Assembly: GCA_017535325.1 (NCBI GenBank)
Contig: JAFXUC010000089.1
Location: forward strand, 4,674 to 68,673
DNA: 64,000 bases
Source: Bacteroidales bacterium
GTDB taxonomy: Bacteria > Bacteroidota > Bacteroidia > Bacteroidales > UBA3824
Direction of reading: 5' to 3'
Content: more model-generated notes on this DNA
The model's input: only the letters and a program-made list of their open reading frames with translations
Database searches by the model: none
What the model was told of the DNA's origin: nothing
How positions within the stretch are numbered: the stretch's first letter is position 1
DNA letters: not shown here

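Noticed and set aside
63912-63914. Met 63914, preceded by AGGAGG at 63920-63925 and a TAA in another frame, as the true start of the giant gene.
   Set aside because: Not adopted as the primary model. The frame is open upstream to the window edge, the Met is not followed by a signal peptide although the protein carries a T9SS sorting domain, and no other gene in the window uses a Shine-Dalgarno site. It is kept as an explicit alternative in the findings.
1-64000. Mobile-element or genomic-island signatures around the giant gene (transposase, integrase, tRNA target, flanking direct repeats).
   Set aside because: None was found in the window. The downstream flank consists of ordinary genes with the same promoter grammar. 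The upstream flank lies outside the window and cannot be judged.

Overview
This 64-kb window comes from a Bacteroidota-type chromosome. The evidence is a Bacteroidales-like 286-aa primary sigma factor, TAnnTTTG -7 boxes with very short leaders and no Shine-Dalgarno use, and a T9SS sorting domain. Positions 1-12.8 kb hold ordinary genes: a partial TPR protein, a TPR-TM-PP2C/SpoIIE sensor phosphatase, sufB (without sufCDS), recJ, a DUF4143-type AAA ATPase, a TatD-family hydrolase and ribD (ATGA-coupled), a SiaC-like DUF1987 protein, an internally duplicated SiaB/RsbW-like GHKL kinase, rpoD, a DUF1292 protein and a degenerate Fic-like protein. Positions 12,879-64,000 (80% of the window) are one uninterrupted minus-strand reading frame. 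It has 17,011 codons from the first Met in the window and is still open at the window edge, so the gene is probably larger. It ends in PKD domains plus a T9SS type-B (CHU_C / gliding-motility-associated) C-terminal sorting domain. The rest consists of roughly 170-180 two-cysteine Ig-like modules of about 80-95 aa. The modules are organised hierarchically. A heterogeneous 12-module block (about 3.33-3.53 kb) recurs about 14 times, three of them shortened. In the central part, alternate blocks resemble each other more than neighbours do, which gives a 24-module, about 6.7-kb, higher-order unit. About 20 simpler modules form a C-terminal stalk. I could not assign the module family without HMM searches. 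I found no rRNA, tRNA, CRISPR array, transposase or integrase. All other track ORFs inside 12.9-64 kb are shadow ORFs of the giant gene. Coordinates inside the giant gene were checked against its reading frame. Small intergenic motifs may be off by 1 nt.
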